Assembly: GCA_965222615.1 (NCBI GenBank)
Contig: CBDCUI010000008.1
Location: forward strand, 704,001-768,000
Length of the DNA stretch: 64,000 bases
From: Gammaproteobacteria bacterium
GTDB taxonomy: Bacteria > Pseudomonadota > Gammaproteobacteria > UBA4575
Reading direction: 5' to 3'
In this document: one piece after another, positions 1 through 12,799 of the stretch
Layout of the letters: each line of letters begins with the position of its first letter
Numbering within the stretch: the stretch's first letter is position 1
Made by a program: the position numbers and the translations under genes
The notes under the pieces: model-generated
The model's database searches: none
What the model was told of the DNA's origin: nothing
What the model saw: only the letters and a program-made list of their open reading frames with translations

Positions 1-474
1 TCATTGACCGAACGTATTGAAAGATATGGTATGCAGGATAAGTTTGCAGAGATCATGGTGCCAGTTGAAGAAGTCGTAGAAATGCGCGAAGGACAAAAAC
101 GGCGCAGTGAAAGAAAGTTTTTTCCTGGTTATGTGTTAGTAAAGATGGAAATGGATGATGACACTTGGCACCTTGTGAAAGATTGTCCAAAAGTGCTTGG
201 GTTTATTGGCGGTTCTTCAGATAAACCTGCACCGATTACTGAACAGGAAGCACAAAATATCTTGCAACGTATGCAAGAAGGTGTGGATCAACCCAAACCG
301 AAGGTGTTATTTGAACCTGGCGAAGTGGTGCGCGTGACGGATGGACCGTTTAACGATTTCAATGGTGTGGTTGAAGAAGTGAATTATGAAAAAAGTCGTA
401 TGCTGGTCGCGGTACAAATTTTTGGACGCTCGACACCAGTAGAACTCGGTTTCAGTCAGGTTGAGAAGGGTTAG
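1..474 (+). CDS. nusG: Transcription termination/antitermination factor NusG (5'-partial)
   Basis: Contains FFPGYVLV, the KOW region [11 protein letters not shown] and the C-terminal [10 protein letters not shown]. The frame is open from base 1 and the N-terminus lies outside the window. Confidence 0.98.
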   Translation, partial: SLTERIERYGMQDKFAEIMVPVEEVVEMREGQKRRSERKFFPGYVLVKMEMDDDTWHLVKDCPKVLGFIGGSSDKPAPITEQEAQNILQRMQEGVDQPKPKVLFEPGEVVRVTDGPFNDFNGVVEEVNYEKSRMLVAVQIFGRSTPVELGFSQVEKG

Positions 475-512
475 ATAAAAAATTATTTATTACTAAATAT
501 TACTGGGAATCA

Positions 513-647
513 AGAAGCTGTGATTTTTTTTGAGACAAGGCAAAAAATATCGAAAAAGCGCAGTGTATTGGTTACATACATGAGCATTTTGAGGTTATTT
601 TTTAACGACCTAAAAAATTAATTACGGCAGAATAAATCACAGTTTCT
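513..647 (-). repeat. Palindromic element copy 1 (MITE/RPE-like), opposite orientation to copies 2-6
   Basis: Terminal inverted repeat AGAAGCTGTGATTT (513-526) / AAATCACAGTTTCT (634-647). The reverse complement contains TGCTCA-TGTAT..ATACA-CTGCGC-TTTTTCGATATTTTTTGCCTTGTCTCA, matching copies 2-4. Confidence 0.9.
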
Positions 648-663
648 AAAAAGTGGAATAAAA

Positions 664-1095
664 ATGGCGAAGAAGGTAGAGGCATATATCAAGTTGCAAG
701 TTCCTGCATCGGATGCAAATCCAAGTCCTCCTGTGGGACCTGCTTTAGGTCAGCACGGGGTGAATATCATGGAGTTTTGTAAAGCCTTTAATGCGCAAAC
801 GCAAAACTTAGAAAAAGGTATGCCCGTACCTGTCGTGATCACTGTTTACAATGATCGCAGTTTCACTTTTATTACCAAGACGCCACCAGCATCGATTTTA
901 TTAAAAAAGGCAGCTGGCTTAAGTAAAGGCAGTGGTCGGCCGAATACAGATAAAGTGGGTAAGGTAAACCGTGCGCAGCTTGAAGAAATTGCTAAAACGA
1001 AAATGCCAGATATTACTGCTGCTGATATGGATGCTGCCGTGCGCACCATTGCCGGTAGTGCACGAAGCATGGGTATAGAAGTGGAAGGTGTGTAA
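664..1095 (+). CDS. rplK: 50S ribosomal protein L11
   Basis: [15 protein letters not shown] motif; located after nusG. Confidence 0.99.
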   Translation: MAKKVEAYIKLQVPASDANPSPPVGPALGQHGVNIMEFCKAFNAQTQNLEKGMPVPVVITVYNDRSFTFITKTPPASILLKKAAGLSKGSGRPNTDKVGKVNRAQLEEIAKTKMPDITAADMDAAVRTIAGSARSMGIEVEGV

Positions 1096-1111
1096 AGGGG
1101 TATTAATAAGA

Positions 1112-1804
1112 ATGTCTAAACCTGGAAAAAAATATCGTGCTGCACTTGAAAAAGTGGATAGTGAAAAAAGCTATGCACCTAGTGAGGCGTTACAGTTAAT
1201 CAAAGATTGCGCCAGTGCAAAATTTAAAGAGTCAGTGGATGTCTGTGTCAACTTAGGTGTAGATCCTAGAAAGTCAGACCAAGTGGTAAGAGGTTCAACT
1301 GTGTTACCGAATGGAATAGGTAAAACTATTCGGGTTGCGGTATTCGCAGAGGGTGATCAGGCTGAGGCAGCAAAATCGGCGGGTGCGGATTTAGTTGGTT
1401 TAGATGATTTAGCCGAACAAGTTAAAAAAGGGCAAATGGATTTTGATGTGGCAGTTGCTACACCTGATGCCATGCGTGTAGTCGGTCAGTTAGGCCAAAT
1501 TCTGGGGCCACGCGGATTAATGCCGAACCCTAAAGTGGGCACGGTCGCAGCAGATGTTGCGAGTGCAGTAAAAAATGCCAAGGCTGGTCAAGTTCGTTTT
1601 AAAACAGACAAAGGTGGATTGATTCATTGTTCAATTGGAAAAGTCGAATTTGATACACCAAAACTTGAAGAAAATTTAAAAGCATTAGTGGCAGATTTAG
1701 TAAAAGCCAAACCGGCTTCAGCTAAAGGTATTTATATAAAGAAAGTTACGGTTTCGTCTACTATGGGGGTAGGTGTTAGCGTTGACCAATCCGCTTTAGT
1801 GTAA
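1112..1804 (+). CDS. rplA: 50S ribosomal protein L1
   Basis: [15 protein letters not shown] motif. Start moved to ATG 1112. Confidence 0.98.
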   Translation: MSKPGKKYRAALEKVDSEKSYAPSEALQLIKDCASAKFKESVDVCVNLGVDPRKSDQVVRGSTVLPNGIGKTIRVAVFAEGDQAEAAKSAGADLVGLDDLAEQVKKGQMDFDVAVATPDAMRVVGQLGQILGPRGLMPNPKVGTVAADVASAVKNAKAGQVRFKTDKGGLIHCSIGKVEFDTPKLEENLKALVADLVKAKPASAKGIYIKKVTVSSTMGVGVSVDQSALV

Positions 1805-1926
1805 GGAAACTCTGATTTAAACTGATACTTCGTTAAAAAATGATCTCAAAGTCGCTCATGTATAAAAACTGCACATCGCTCTTTTCGACATTTTTTGCCT
1901 TGTCTCAGATTAAATCAGAGCTTCTT
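1804..1926 (+). repeat. Palindromic element copy 2
   Basis: Terminal inverted repeat AGGAAACTCTGATTTAA / TTAAATCAGAGCTTCTT. Contains TACTTCGTT, GCTCATGTA and GCCTTGTCTCAG. Begins in the rplA stop codon. Confidence 0.9.
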
Positions 1927-1947
1927 TTAGAGAGAAGTATAAAAGAA

Positions 1948-2070
1948 TTGGGAGTTGTTTGTTCGTAAATAAACAAACAAGCGTCCAAGACCGTAGGTGA
2001 AGTTTTGTAGTCATTGTTAATAATGCATATGAAGCTTCTTAATAAGGAATCTTGGCCTACGTAGACTGTG
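1948..2070 (+). promoter_or_regulatory. L10 leader (L10(L12)4 autoregulatory RNA)
   Basis: CCAAGACCGTAGG...TTAATA...CCTACGTAGAC upstream of rplJ matches the recalled L10-leader core. Confidence 0.8.
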
Positions 2071-2224
2071 TTACCCAAATCAGGATGTTCCTGAGTTGGT
2101 TGCACTGTAAGGGAAGTGCCACTGTTGAACGGTATCTGTGTATAAATGTTTAGATACACTACGATCGACGATGGCGTGAATTTAGTAACACCTTGTGTGT
2201 AGTGATAACTCAGAGGACCCAACT

Positions 2225-2755
2225 GTGGCCTTAAGACTTGAAGAAAAACAAGCAATCGTATCTGAAGTGATGCAAGTTGCAACGGATGCGCATTCTGCAA
2301 TTGCGGCTGAGTACCGTGGACTTACTGTAAGTGAATTAACTGAACTTCGCTCTAAAGCACGTGAGCAAGGCGTCTATTTAAAAGTAGTTAAAAATACCCT
2401 GGCCAAACGCGCATTGGAAGGTACACCTTATGAGTGTATGCGAGAAGGATTGGTTGGCCCACTTATGTTGGCATTTTCGCAAGAAGATCCTGGTTCGGCT
2501 GCACGTCTGATAAAAGATTTTTCTAAAGAGAATGATCTACTTGCAGTAAAGATGATCTCTATTGGTGGCGAGCTACTAGAAGCGAGCGAACTAAAGAAAT
2601 TGTCAAGTCTGCCAACGAAAGATCAGGCAATTAGTATGTTGATGGCTGTAATGAAGGCACCGATTGAAAAGTTTGTGCGCACATTAAATGAACCGCATGC
2701 AAAATTGGTAAGAACCGTTGCTGCGGTGCGCGATCAGAAACAATCTGCTGGTTAA
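2225..2755 (+). CDS. rplJ: 50S ribosomal protein L10
   Basis: YRGLTV and VVKNTLA motifs. GTG start at 2225 with a GAGGA Shine-Dalgarno. Confidence 0.97.
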   Translation: MALRLEEKQAIVSEVMQVATDAHSAIAAEYRGLTVSELTELRSKAREQGVYLKVVKNTLAKRALEGTPYECMREGLVGPLMLAFSQEDPGSAARLIKDFSKENDLLAVKMISIGGELLEASELKKLSSLPTKDQAISMLMAVMKAPIEKFVRTLNEPHAKLVRTVAAVRDQKQSAG

Positions 2756-2800
2756 ATATAGGTTACAAGTTTGGTATTAGGTTTTATTAGGAGATAAAAA

Positions 2801-3181
2801 ATGGCTGTATCGAAAGAAGATATTTTGGAAACGATCTCAGAGATGAGTGTAATGGAAGTGGTTGATTTAATTTCTGCCATGGAAGAAAAATTTGGTGTTT
2901 CGGCGGCAGCGGCAGTTGCGGCAGCACCTGTTGCGGGTGCCGATAGTGGTGGTGAAGCTGCTGCAGAGAAAGACGAATTTGATGTGGTAATGAGTAGCTT
3001 CGGTGGTAATAAAGTAGCGGTGATTAAAGTGGTTCGTACGGTTACCGGTCTTGGCTTGAAAGAGGCAAAAGAGATGGTTGAGGGCGCACCTTCCACGGTT
3101 AAAGAAGCTGCTGCGAAAGACGAGGCTGAAGAGATCAAAAAGCAATTGGAAGAAGCAGGTGCAACGGTAGAGCTCAAGTAA
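2801..3181 (+). CDS. rplL: 50S ribosomal protein L7/L12
   Basis: [10 protein letters not shown] and TGLGLKEAK motifs. Confidence 0.99.
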   Translation: MAVSKEDILETISEMSVMEVVDLISAMEEKFGVSAAAAVAAAPVAGADSGGEAAAEKDEFDVVMSSFGGNKVAVIKVVRTVTGLGLKEAKEMVEGAPSTVKEAAAKDEAEEIKKQLEEAGATVELK

Positions 3182-3194
3182 TTGCAGCGCAATT

Positions 3195-3327
3195 CTGAAA
3201 GCTCTGATTTATTCTGATACGTCGTTAAAAAATGTCTCAAAATGCTCATTTACCAGCATGTAAACTGCGCTTTTTCGACATTTTTTGCCTCGTCTCAGTC
3301 GTTCACACTAATAAATCAAAGCTTCAG
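3195..3327 (+). repeat. Palindromic element copy 3
   Basis: Terminal inverted repeat CTGAAAGCTCTGATTTATT / AATAAATCAAAGCTTCAG. Core is TACGTCGTT-AAAAAATGTC..TGCTCA-TTTAC-6nt-GTAAA-CTGCGC..GACATTTTTT-GCCTCGTC. Confidence 0.92.
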
Positions 3328-3341
3328 GAAGCATTACCAAC

Positions 3342-3380
3342 AACTAAACATAGCATTTATGCAATGTTTAGTTACTTTTG
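3342..3380 (+). terminator. Possible attenuator/terminator hairpin between rplL and rpoB
   Basis: AACTAAACAT-A-GCA..TGC-A-ATGTTTAGTT hairpin followed by ACTTTTG. E. coli has an attenuator in this interval. Confidence 0.35.
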
Positions 3381-3409
3381 CATATGTATATTTAATGGAG
3401 TGACCATTT

Positions 3410-6400
3410 ATGGCGTATAGCTACACCGAGAAAAAACGAGTTCGCAAAGATTTTGGTAAACGGCCCGAAATCTTAGGTGTTCCATTTATGTTGCAAATTC
3501 AATTGGCGTCATATAGACGGTTTTTGCAGTCTGACAAAAATGCAGGAAATCGTGAAGATGTTGGATTGCATGGGGCGTTTAATACGATATTTCCAATCAT
3601 TAGTTATTCCGGAAATGTGGAGCTGCAGTATGTCAGTTATCGTTTAGAGCAACCTCCATTTGAAGTGAAAGAGTGTCAGCTTCGTGGCTTAACTTATCAC
3701 GCACCACTTAAAGTTTTACTGCGTTTAGTCATTTATGACAAAGATGCGCCTGCGGGATCAAAGAAAGTCAAAGATGTAAAAGAACAAGAAGTGTATATGG
3801 GTGAATTACCACTCATGACTGATACCGGTGCCTTTGTTATTAATGGTACAGAACGTGTAATTGTTTCGCAGTTACATCGTTCACCGGGTGTGTTCTTTGA
3901 TCATGATAAAGGTAAAACTCATTCGTCTGGTAAATTGCTTTATTCCGCAAGAGTAATTCCTTATCGCGGCTCTTGGTTGGACTTTGAGTTTGATCATAAA
4001 GATTGTTTGTTTGTGCGCATTGACCGGCGCAGGAAATTACCTGCAAGTATTTTGTTACGCGCACTTGGTTATTCCAGTGAAGAAATTCTTTCTATCTTTT
4101 TTGATACCAATACGGTACGCATCACCGATACTGGTTTTATTCTAGATTTGATTCCTGAGCGATTACGCGGAGAAATTTCACCTTTTGAAATTAAGGCGGG
4201 TGGAAAGTTAATTGTAGAAGCAGGCCGTCGTATCACGGTACGCCATGTACGTCAGATTGAAAAAGCTGGAATTAAAACATTTGAAGTACCAGTTGAATAT
4301 TTACTTGGCAAAGTGTTAGCTAAAGATTTAATTGACACCGATACAGGTGAATTAGTTTGTAAAGCCAATGATGAATTAACCGAAGAAAATATTGAAAAGA
4401 TTTTAGAGTCTACGGTTGAGGTTTTAGAGCTTTTGTACACCAATGACATTGATCGCGGTCCATATATGTCTTCGACCATTGCGATTGATCCCTCAAATAA
4501 TGAACTAGAAGCTCAAGTAGAAATTTATCGCATGATGCGCCCTGGCGAACCGCCAACCAAAGAGGCTGCACAAAATTTATTTCAAAACTTATTTTTCACT
4601 CCAGAGCGTTATGACTTATCACCGGTTGGGCGCATGAAATTCAACCGCCGCGTTGGCCGTGAAGATATGACAGGGTCAGGCATTCTGAGTAACGAAGATA
4701 TTCTGGATGTCATGCGTACGTTAATCGATATCCGTAATGGCAATGGTATCGTTGATGATATTGATCATCTCGGAAATCGACGTGTACGTTGTGTAGGTGA
4801 GATGGCAGAGAATGCATTTCGTGTCGGCTTGGTTCGTGTCGAACGAGCAGTGAAGGAACGATTAACGCTAGCTGAATCTGAAGGCTTGATGCCTCAAGAA
4901 ATGATTAATGCCAAACCCGTTGCCGCAGCAATAAAAGAGTTTTTTGGGTCTAGCCAACTTTCGCAATTCATGGATCAGAATAATCCGCTTTCTGAGATTA
5001 CCCATAAACGTAGAATTTCAGCGCTTGGGCCTGGCGGTTTAACCCGTGAACGTGCAGGATTTGAGGTACGCGACGTACATCCAACGCATTATGGCCGTGT
5101 ATGTCCTATTGAAACTCCTGAAGGTCCCAATATTGGCTTGATTAATTCCTTGGCAATTTTTGCGCGTACCAATGAATATGGCTTTTTAGAAACGCCCTAT
5201 CGAAAAGTAGTAGATAGCAAGGTTTCTAGTCAAATTGATTACTTATCTGCAATTGAGGAGAGTCAATTCACTATTGCACAGGCCAATGCGCGGGTTGACG
5301 ATAACGGTAAATTGCAAGATGAATTAGTTTCGGTACGTCATTTAAATGAATTTTCATTAGCGCCAGCAGAAAAAGTAGAGTACATGGATGTGTCACCAAA
5401 ACAGATTGTTTCTGTGGCGGCTTCCTTAATTCCGTTTTTGGAACATGACGATGCTAACCGTGCACTCATGGGTTCTAATATGCAACGTCAAGCTGTGCCA
5501 ACTTTACGTACTGAAAAACCATTGGTGGGTACTGGTATCGAACGTTCAGTGGCGATTGACTCAGGTGCGGCCTTGGTATCCAAGCGTGGTGGAGTTGTTG
5601 ATACTGTGGATGCAGGTCGAATTGTGGTGCGGGTAAATGATAATGAAACCGAAGCTGGTGAGCCGGGCGTGGATATTTATAATCTCACTAAATACACCCG
5701 TTCTAACCAAAATACCTGTATCAATCAGAAGCCATTAGTGCAACCAGGTGATGTGATTGCCAAAGGCGATGTGTTGGCAGATGGCCCCTCTACTGACCTT
5801 GGTGAATTGGCCTTAGGTCAAAATGTATTAGTCGCGTTTATGCCGTGGAATGGGTATAACTTTGAAGATTCCATCTTAATCTCTGAACGTGTGGTGGAAG
5901 AAGATCGGTTTACAACCATTCATATTGAAGAATTAAGTTGTATTGCGCGTGACACTAAATTAGGGGCAGAGGAGATTACTGCTGATATACCTAACGTAAG
6001 TGAAAATTTACTTGCCAAGTTAGATGACTCGGGCATTGTCTATGTGGGTGCAGAAGTTAAGCCGAGTGACATCTTAGTAGGCAAAGTTACGCCAAAAGGT
6101 GAGACACAACTTACCCCTGAAGAGAAACTGCTACGCGCCATCTTCGGTGAAAAGGCATCAGATGTAAAAGACACTTCTTTACGAGTTCCTTCCGGAATGG
6201 AAGGTACCGTTATTGATGTGCGTGTGTTCACGCGTGATGGTGTTGATAAAGACAAGCGTGCTTTACAAATTGAAGAATCGGAAATTGAACAAGTACGTAA
6301 AGATTTGAATGATCAATTGCGAATTTATGAGCAAGATATTTATGCACGTGTCGAACGATTAATTACTAATAAAGTTGCAGATGGTGGACCGGAAGGGCTA

Positions 6401-7492
6401 CAGGCCGAGTCTAAGGTTACCAAAGCCTATTTAGATAGTCTTGATCGAGAACGTTGGTTTGAAGTTCGTATGAGCAGTGAAGATGTTAATGCGCAACTGG
6501 AAAAACTTTCCAATCAGTTAAAAGAACAGCGTGAATCATTTGATCAAAAGTTACTCGAGAAGAAAGAAAAAATTACTGCTGGTGATGATCTTGCACCCGG
6601 TGTATTAAAGATGGTCAAAGTTTACTTGGCAGTAAAACGTCGTATGCAACCGGGCGACAAAATGGCAGGCCGACATGGAAATAAGGGTGTGGTCTCAATG
6701 ATCGTACCGGTTGAAGATATGCCGCATATGGAAGATGGAACCCCAGTTGACATTGTTTTAAATCCCCTGGGTGTGCCATCGCGGATGAATGTTGGTCAGG
6801 TGCTGGAAACCCATTTAGGTTGGGCTGCAAAAGGACTGGGTTTAAAGATTGATGGCATGCTTGGCCAGGATGGCAATGTTATGCGCTTGCGTGAATTCCT
6901 GGATGAGGTCTATAACAAAGATGAAGGGATATCGGTAAATCTTAAAGAGTTCAGTGACGACGAAGTTTTAGCTTTATCAAATAACTTGCGTCGTGGCGTA
7001 CCGATGGCAACTCCCGTTTTTGATGGTGCCCAGGAATCTGAAATTAAACGTATGCTTAAGTTAGCTGATTTACCTGAGGATGGACAAACTCATTTATGGG
7101 ACGGTCGCACTGGTGAAGCATTTGAGCGCAAAATCACTGTGGGATATATGCATATGTTAAAGCTCAATCATCTAGTTGATGACAAGATGCATGCACGTTC
7201 TACTGGACCTTACAGCCTGGTTACTCAACAACCGCTTGGGGGTAAGGCGCAATTCGGCGGTCAGCGCTTTGGTGAAATGGAAGTGTGGGCACTGGAAGCC
7301 TATGGTGCATCGTATACTTTGCAAGAGATGTTAACGGTCAAATCAGATGATGTTGTTGGCCGTAACAAAATGTATAAAAACATTGTTGATAGTAATCATA
7401 GTATGGATGCCGGCATGCCGGAATCCTTCAATGTTTTGATGAAAGAAATTCGCTCATTAGGACTCAATATTGACTTTGAGCAGGAGACGTAA
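3410..7492 (+). CDS. rpoB: RNA polymerase beta subunit
   Basis: 1360 aa. [27 protein letters not shown] and GGQRFGEME motifs. Confidence 0.99.
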   Translation: MAYSYTEKKRVRKDFGKRPEILGVPFMLQIQLASYRRFLQSDKNAGNREDVGLHGAFNTIFPIISYSGNVELQYVSYRLEQPPFEVKECQLRGLTYHAPLKVLLRLVIYDKDAPAGSKKVKDVKEQEVYMGELPLMTDTGAFVINGTERVIVSQLHRSPGVFFDHDKGKTHSSGKLLYSARVIPYRGSWLDFEFDHKDCLFVRIDRRRKLPASILLRALGYSSEEILSIFFDTNTVRITDTGFILDLIPERLRGEISPFEIKAGGKLIVEAGRRITVRHVRQIEKAGIKTFEVPVEYLLGKVLAKDLIDTDTGELVCKANDELTEENIEKILESTVEVLELLYTNDIDRGPYMSSTIAIDPSNNELEAQVEIYRMMRPGEPPTKEAAQNLFQNLFFTPERYDLSPVGRMKFNRRVGREDMTGSGILSNEDILDVMRTLIDIRNGNGIVDDIDHLGNRRVRCVGEMAENAFRVGLVRVERAVKERLTLAESEGLMPQEMINAKPVAAAIKEFFGSSQLSQFMDQNNPLSEITHKRRISALGPGGLTRERAGFEVRDVHPTHYGRVCPIETPEGPNIGLINSLAIFARTNEYGFLETPYRKVVDSKVSSQIDYLSAIEESQFTIAQANARVDDNGKLQDELVSVRHLNEFSLAPAEKVEYMDVSPKQIVSVAASLIPFLEHDDANRALMGSNMQRQAVPTLRTEKPLVGTGIERSVAIDSGAALVSKRGGVVDTVDAGRIVVRVNDNETEAGEPGVDIYNLTKYTRSNQNTCINQKPLVQPGDVIAKGDVLADGPSTDLGELALGQNVLVAFMPWNGYNFEDSILISERVVEEDRFTTIHIEELSCIARDTKLGAEEITADIPNVSENLLAKLDDSGIVYVGAEVKPSDILVGKVTPKGETQLTPEEKLLRAIFGEKASDVKDTSLRVPSGMEGTVIDVRVFTRDGVDKDKRALQIEESEIEQVRKDLNDQLRIYEQDIYARVERLITNKVADGGPEGLQAESKVTKAYLDSLDRERWFEVRMSSEDVNAQLEKLSNQLKEQRESFDQKLLEKKEKITAGDDLAPGVLKMVKVYLAVKRRMQPGDKMAGRHGNKGVVSMIVPVEDMPHMEDGTPVDIVLNPLGVPSRMNVGQVLETHLGWAAKGLGLKIDGMLGQDGNVMRLREFLDEVYNKDEGISVNLKEFSDDEVLALSNNLRRGVPMATPVFDGAQESEIKRMLKLADLPEDGQTHLWDGRTGEAFERKITVGYMHMLKLNHLVDDKMHARSTGPYSLVTQQPLGGKAQFGGQRFGEMEVWALEAYGASYTLQEMLTVKSDDVVGRNKMYKNIVDSNHSMDAGMPESFNVLMKEIRSLGLNIDFEQET

Positions 7493-10400
7493 TGAAAGAC
7501 TTATTAAGTTTATTAAAGAACCAGGGTCAAATTGAAGATTTTGATTCCATACGTATTGGCTTAGCTTCGCCAGATATGATTCGCTCTTGGTCGTATGGTG
7601 AAGTAAAGAAACCGGAGACGATAAATTATCGTACATTCAAACCTGAACGAGATGGTTTGTTCTGCGCAAAGATCTTTGGCCCAATTAAAGATTACGAATG
7701 CCTGTGTGGAAAATATAAACGCCTTAAACATCGTGGTGTAGTGTGTGAAAAGTGTGGAGTGGAAGTTACCTTAACTAAAGTACGTCGCGAACGCATGGGG
7801 CACATCGAACTAGCTAGTCCCGTAGCACATATTTGGTTTTTAAAATCTCTGCCTTCACGTATTGGCTTGTTGTTAGATATGACGTTACGGGATGTGGAAC
7901 GTATTCTATATTTTGAAGCCTTTGTCGTAATCGATCCTGGTATGACAGGCTTGGAACATAAACAGCTTTTGTCGGATGAAACCTTTTTAGAAGCCATTGA
8001 AGAATATGGAGATGAGTTTGATGCACGTATGGGGGCAGAAGCAATCTTTGAATTACTTAAACAAGTAAATTTAGAAGAAGAAGCGGAAAATTTACGTGAA
8101 GAGATCGCCTCGACGCGTTCTGAAGCTAAACTTAAACGTTTTTCAAAGCGCCTAAAGTTGGTTGAATATTTTACCGAGTCTGGCAATAAACCAGGTTGGA
8201 TGGTGTTAACCGTTTTACCTGTGTTACCACCTGATCTTCGCCCTCTTGTGCCATTGGATGGTGGGCGTTTTGCCACTTCTGATTTGAACGACTTATATCG
8301 TCGTGTCATTAATCGTAATAATCGTTTAAAACGATTATTAGAATTAAATGCGCCAGATATTATTGTACGTAATGAAAAGCGTATGTTGCAGGAATCTGTC
8401 GATGCGTTGCTAGATAACGGACGTCGAGGTCGTGCCATCACCGGTACTAATAAGCGTGCACTGAAATCACTTGCCGACATGATTAAGGGTAAACAAGGAC
8501 GTTTTCGCCAAAATTTGCTTGGTAAGCGTGTTGATTATTCTGGGCGTTCGGTAATTGTTGTGGGCCCAACCTTGAAACTGCATCAGTGTGGTTTGCCTAA
8601 AAAAATGGCACTTGAATTATTTAAGCCGTTTATATTCAGCAAGCTGCATATGCGCGGGATTGCACCCACCATTAAAGCTTGTAAAAAAGTTGTAGAGAAA
8701 GAAGGCCCAGAAGTTTGGGATATTCTTGAAGAAGTCATTCGTGAACACCCGGTACTATTAAATCGTGCACCTACGCTGCATCGTTTAGGGATTCAGGCAT
8801 TTGAGCCGACCTTAATTGAAGGTAAAGCAATACAATTGCATCCCCTTGTGTGTGCCGCGTTTAACGCAGATTTTGATGGTGATCAAATGGCTGTACATGT
8901 GCCATTGTCTATTGAAGCACAGCTTGAAAGTCGTGCCTTGATGATGTCTACCAACAATGTACTGTCTCCTGCAAATGGAGATCCCATTATTGTTCCTTCT
9001 CAAGACATTGTTTTAGGCCTTTATTATCTCACGCGCGAAAAAGTGAATGCCAAAGGTGAAGGCATGTGTTTTGCGGATGTTGCTGAGGCACAGCGTGCTT
9101 ATGAAAGTAATACGGTTGCTTTACATGCAAAAGTAAAAATTCGTGTGAATGATGTTGATATAAGTGAGGAAGGTGAGGTCACTGAGGTACGTCGAATTAT
9201 CGAAACCACAGTTGGCCGCGGTATTCTTTCAAAAATTTTACCCAAAGGTTTGCCGTTTTCACTGGTAAACCAATCGATGGGCAAGCGTGAAATTTCTACA
9301 TTGATCGACTCTTCTTATCGACGAGTTGGATTAAAAGATACCGTCATCTTTGCAGACAACTTAATGTATACAGGATTTAAATATGCAACGCGCGCAGGTG
9401 TTTCATTTTGTGCGGATGACATGGCTATTCCGTCAGAAAAGCAATCCATACTAAGTGAGGCAGAAAAAGAAGTGAAAGAAATTGCTTCACAGTATGCATC
9501 AGGTTTAGTAACAAAGGGTGAGCGTTATAATAAAGTTATTGATATTTGGTCACACACTAATGACCAAGTGGCAAAAGCTATGATGGATGGTTTAGGAAAA
9601 GAGGAAGTTCAAGATGCTGAAGGAAATCATGTTACGCAAGAATCCTTCAATTCAATTTATATGATGGCAGATTCGGGTGCTAGAGGTTCGGCAGCTCAAA
9701 TCAGACAACTTGCGGGTATGCGAGGTTTAATGGCCAAACCTGATGGTTCCATTATTGAAACACCGATAACGGCTAATTTCCGTGAGGGGTTGAATGTGTT
9801 GCAGTACTTTATTTCAACACATGGTGCACGAAAGGGTTTAGCGGATACTGCTTTAAAGACAGCAAATTCCGGTTATCTAACACGTCGATTAGTAGATGTT
9901 GCTCAAGACTTAGTCGTCACAGAACAAGATTGTGGTACGGATGATGGTATGCAAATGAAACCTATCATCGAAGGTGGTGATGTGGTGCAAACCCTACAAA
10001 CTCGTGTATTAGGACGTGTTACAGCTGAAGATGTATACGACGTAAAAGGAAAAAATGTTGTTATTCCTGCTGGCACTTTATTGGACGAATCTTGGGTGGA
10101 AAAATTTGAAGAAGAAGGCGTTGATGAAGTAAAAGTTCGCGCACCGATTGCTTGTAAAACGAGATATGGCGTGTGCTCAATGTGCTATGGGCGCGATTTA
10201 GCACGTGGCCATCTTGTCAATGATGGTGAAGCAGTTGGTGTAATTGCTGCACAGTCTATCGGAGAGCCTGGAACACAACTTACCATGCGCACCTTTCACA
10301 TTGGTGGTGCAGCTAGCCGTGCAGCTTCTACCAGTGACATCAGTGTAAAGTCTATAGGTACGGTTCGGATGCATAATTTGAAGCTAGTACAACATAACAA

Positions 10401-11760
10401 TGGTCATAATGTTGCCGTCTCCAGATCGGGTGAATTGAGTATTGTTGATGAACAAGGTCGTGAAAAAGAACGCTATAAAATTCCTTACGGCGCATCTATT
10501 TCGGTAAATAATGAAGATGCCGTGCATGCGGGGCAAATGGTTGCAACTTGGGATCCACATACCCACCCCATCATTACGGAGGTGGCCGGGCAAATACAGC
10601 TTGTTGATTTTGCCGATGGCGTGACAGTGGATTCTTATACAGATGAGGTAACTGGACTGAGTTCCACTATTGTATCGGATCCAAAGAGTCGCCCTGCAGC
10701 TGGAAAAGACCTGCGTCCAGCGGTGAATTTGTTAGATAAAAATGGTGAACCTCTTAAGTTTACCGGTACAGAAATTCCTGCACATTACATACTTCCACCT
10801 GGCGCAATCGTTAGTTTGTCTGATGGTGATGCAGTGGATGTTGGTGATGTGATTGCGCGGATTCCACAAGAGTCATCGAAGACACGTGATATCACGGGTG
10901 GTTTGCCACGCGTAGCAGATTTATTTGAAGCACGTAAACCTAAAGAACCCGCTGTTTTGGCAGAACAAACAGGCACAGTAAGTTTCGGTAAAGATACTAA
11001 GGGAAAGGAGCGTCTTGTTATTACAAATGAAGACGGTGAATCTACCGAAGAACTTATTCCGAAGTGGCGTCAAATAAACGTATTTGAAGGGGAGCATGTT
11101 GAAAAAGGTGAAGTTGTTGTTGATGGCGAACTTAATCCACATGACATTTTACGTTTATTGGGTATTACTGCCTTAGCAGAATACTTGATAAAGGAAATAC
11201 AAGATGTATACCGTCTTCAAGGCGTTGGCATCGATGATAAACATATTGAAGTTATTATCAGACAAATGCTGCGTAAGGCAGAAATAATTGAGGCTGGTGA
11301 TACAAACTATTTGCGTGGTGAGCAAGTAGAAAAATCTCGAGCCTTAGAGACTAATGAAAAAATGCAGGCGGACGGTAAGGAACCGGCCACTTTTGCCCCA
11401 GTATTATTGGGAATCACTAAGGCCTCGTTGGTTACAGAGTCGTTTATTTCGGCGGCTTCATTCCAGGAAACTACACGAGTGTTAACCGAAGCAGCCGTGC
11501 GAGGCTCGAAAGATTCATTGCGCGGTTTAAAAGAAAATGTCATCGTAGGTCGCTTGATACCGGCTGGAACCGGTTTGGCTTATCATGAAAAAAGACGTGA
11601 AAGCGCCATATCTGCAATGAGCACAGATGAGCAAGAACTTCCAGATCTTGAACAAGAAGTACCCCCTAGTGAGACGATGGTACAAGAGGCCTTGGCAGAA
11701 GAACTTTCCAACTCAGAGGCAAATCGTGATTCGGCTGAACAAAGCCCACCGGTTGAATAA
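7492..11760 (+). CDS. rpoC: RNA polymerase beta' subunit
   Basis: Catalytic NADFDGD and zinc-finger CLCGKYK motifs. Confidence 0.99.
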   Translation: MKDLLSLLKNQGQIEDFDSIRIGLASPDMIRSWSYGEVKKPETINYRTFKPERDGLFCAKIFGPIKDYECLCGKYKRLKHRGVVCEKCGVEVTLTKVRRERMGHIELASPVAHIWFLKSLPSRIGLLLDMTLRDVERILYFEAFVVIDPGMTGLEHKQLLSDETFLEAIEEYGDEFDARMGAEAIFELLKQVNLEEEAENLREEIASTRSEAKLKRFSKRLKLVEYFTESGNKPGWMVLTVLPVLPPDLRPLVPLDGGRFATSDLNDLYRRVINRNNRLKRLLELNAPDIIVRNEKRMLQESVDALLDNGRRGRAITGTNKRALKSLADMIKGKQGRFRQNLLGKRVDYSGRSVIVVGPTLKLHQCGLPKKMALELFKPFIFSKLHMRGIAPTIKACKKVVEKEGPEVWDILEEVIREHPVLLNRAPTLHRLGIQAFEPTLIEGKAIQLHPLVCAAFNADFDGDQMAVHVPLSIEAQLESRALMMSTNNVLSPANGDPIIVPSQDIVLGLYYLTREKVNAKGEGMCFADVAEAQRAYESNTVALHAKVKIRVNDVDISEEGEVTEVRRIIETTVGRGILSKILPKGLPFSLVNQSMGKREISTLIDSSYRRVGLKDTVIFADNLMYTGFKYATRAGVSFCADDMAIPSEKQSILSEAEKEVKEIASQYASGLVTKGERYNKVIDIWSHTNDQVAKAMMDGLGKEEVQDAEGNHVTQESFNSIYMMADSGARGSAAQIRQLAGMRGLMAKPDGSIIETPITANFREGLNVLQYFISTHGARKGLADTALKTANSGYLTRRLVDVAQDLVVTEQDCGTDDGMQMKPIIEGGDVVQTLQTRVLGRVTAEDVYDVKGKNVVIPAGTLLDESWVEKFEEEGVDEVKVRAPIACKTRYGVCSMCYGRDLARGHLVNDGEAVGVIAAQSIGEPGTQLTMRTFHIGGAASRAASTSDISVKSIGTVRMHNLKLVQHNNGHNVAVSRSGELSIVDEQGREKERYKIPYGASISVNNEDAVHAGQMVATWDPHTHPIITEVAGQIQLVDFADGVTVDSYTDEVTGLSSTIVSDPKSRPAAGKDLRPAVNLLDKNGEPLKFTGTEIPAHYILPPGAIVSLSDGDAVDVGDVIARIPQESSKTRDITGGLPRVADLFEARKPKEPAVLAEQTGTVSFGKDTKGKERLVITNEDGESTEELIPKWRQINVFEGEHVEKGEVVVDGELNPHDILRLLGITALAEYLIKEIQDVYRLQGVGIDDKHIEVIIRQMLRKAEIIEAGDTNYLRGEQVEKSRALETNEKMQADGKEPATFAPVLLGITKASLVTESFISAASFQETTRVLTEAAVRGSKDSLRGLKENVIVGRLIPAGTGLAYHEKRRESAISAMSTDEQELPDLEQEVPPSETMVQEALAEELSNSEANRDSAEQSPPVE

Positions 11761-11795
11761 CGGCTTTTTGTTATTCGTTGGATTTGTGAGTTTGC

Positions 11796-11832
11796 TTGAC
11801 ACTATAGCTGCAGGTTTCTACAATTCCGCGGC
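11796..11832 (+). promoter_or_regulatory. Sigma70 promoter of the str operon
   Basis: TTGACA (11796-11801), a 17-bp spacer, TACAAT (11819-11824), then a GC-rich discriminator TCCGCGGC. Confidence 0.8.
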
Positions 11833-11893
11833 TAACTTACAGGCCGATGTTTCATCGGCCTGTTGTTTATTTTGGGTATAGAAAACATAAATT

Positions 11894-12774
<881 letters not shown>

Positions 12775-12799
12775 TTCGTTTTGATACCGGGCATTCAAC

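Noticed and set aside
3232-3420. 62-aa ORF (MSQNAHLPACKLRFF...) before rpoB
   Set aside because: It is a translation of palindromic element copy 3, lacks a clear Shine-Dalgarno and overlaps the rpoB start. The 24217-24435 ORF is similarly spurious.
7692-8480. 262-aa minus-strand ORF and other antisense ORFs over conserved genes
   Set aside because: They lie opposite highly conserved genes and have no recognisable motifs.
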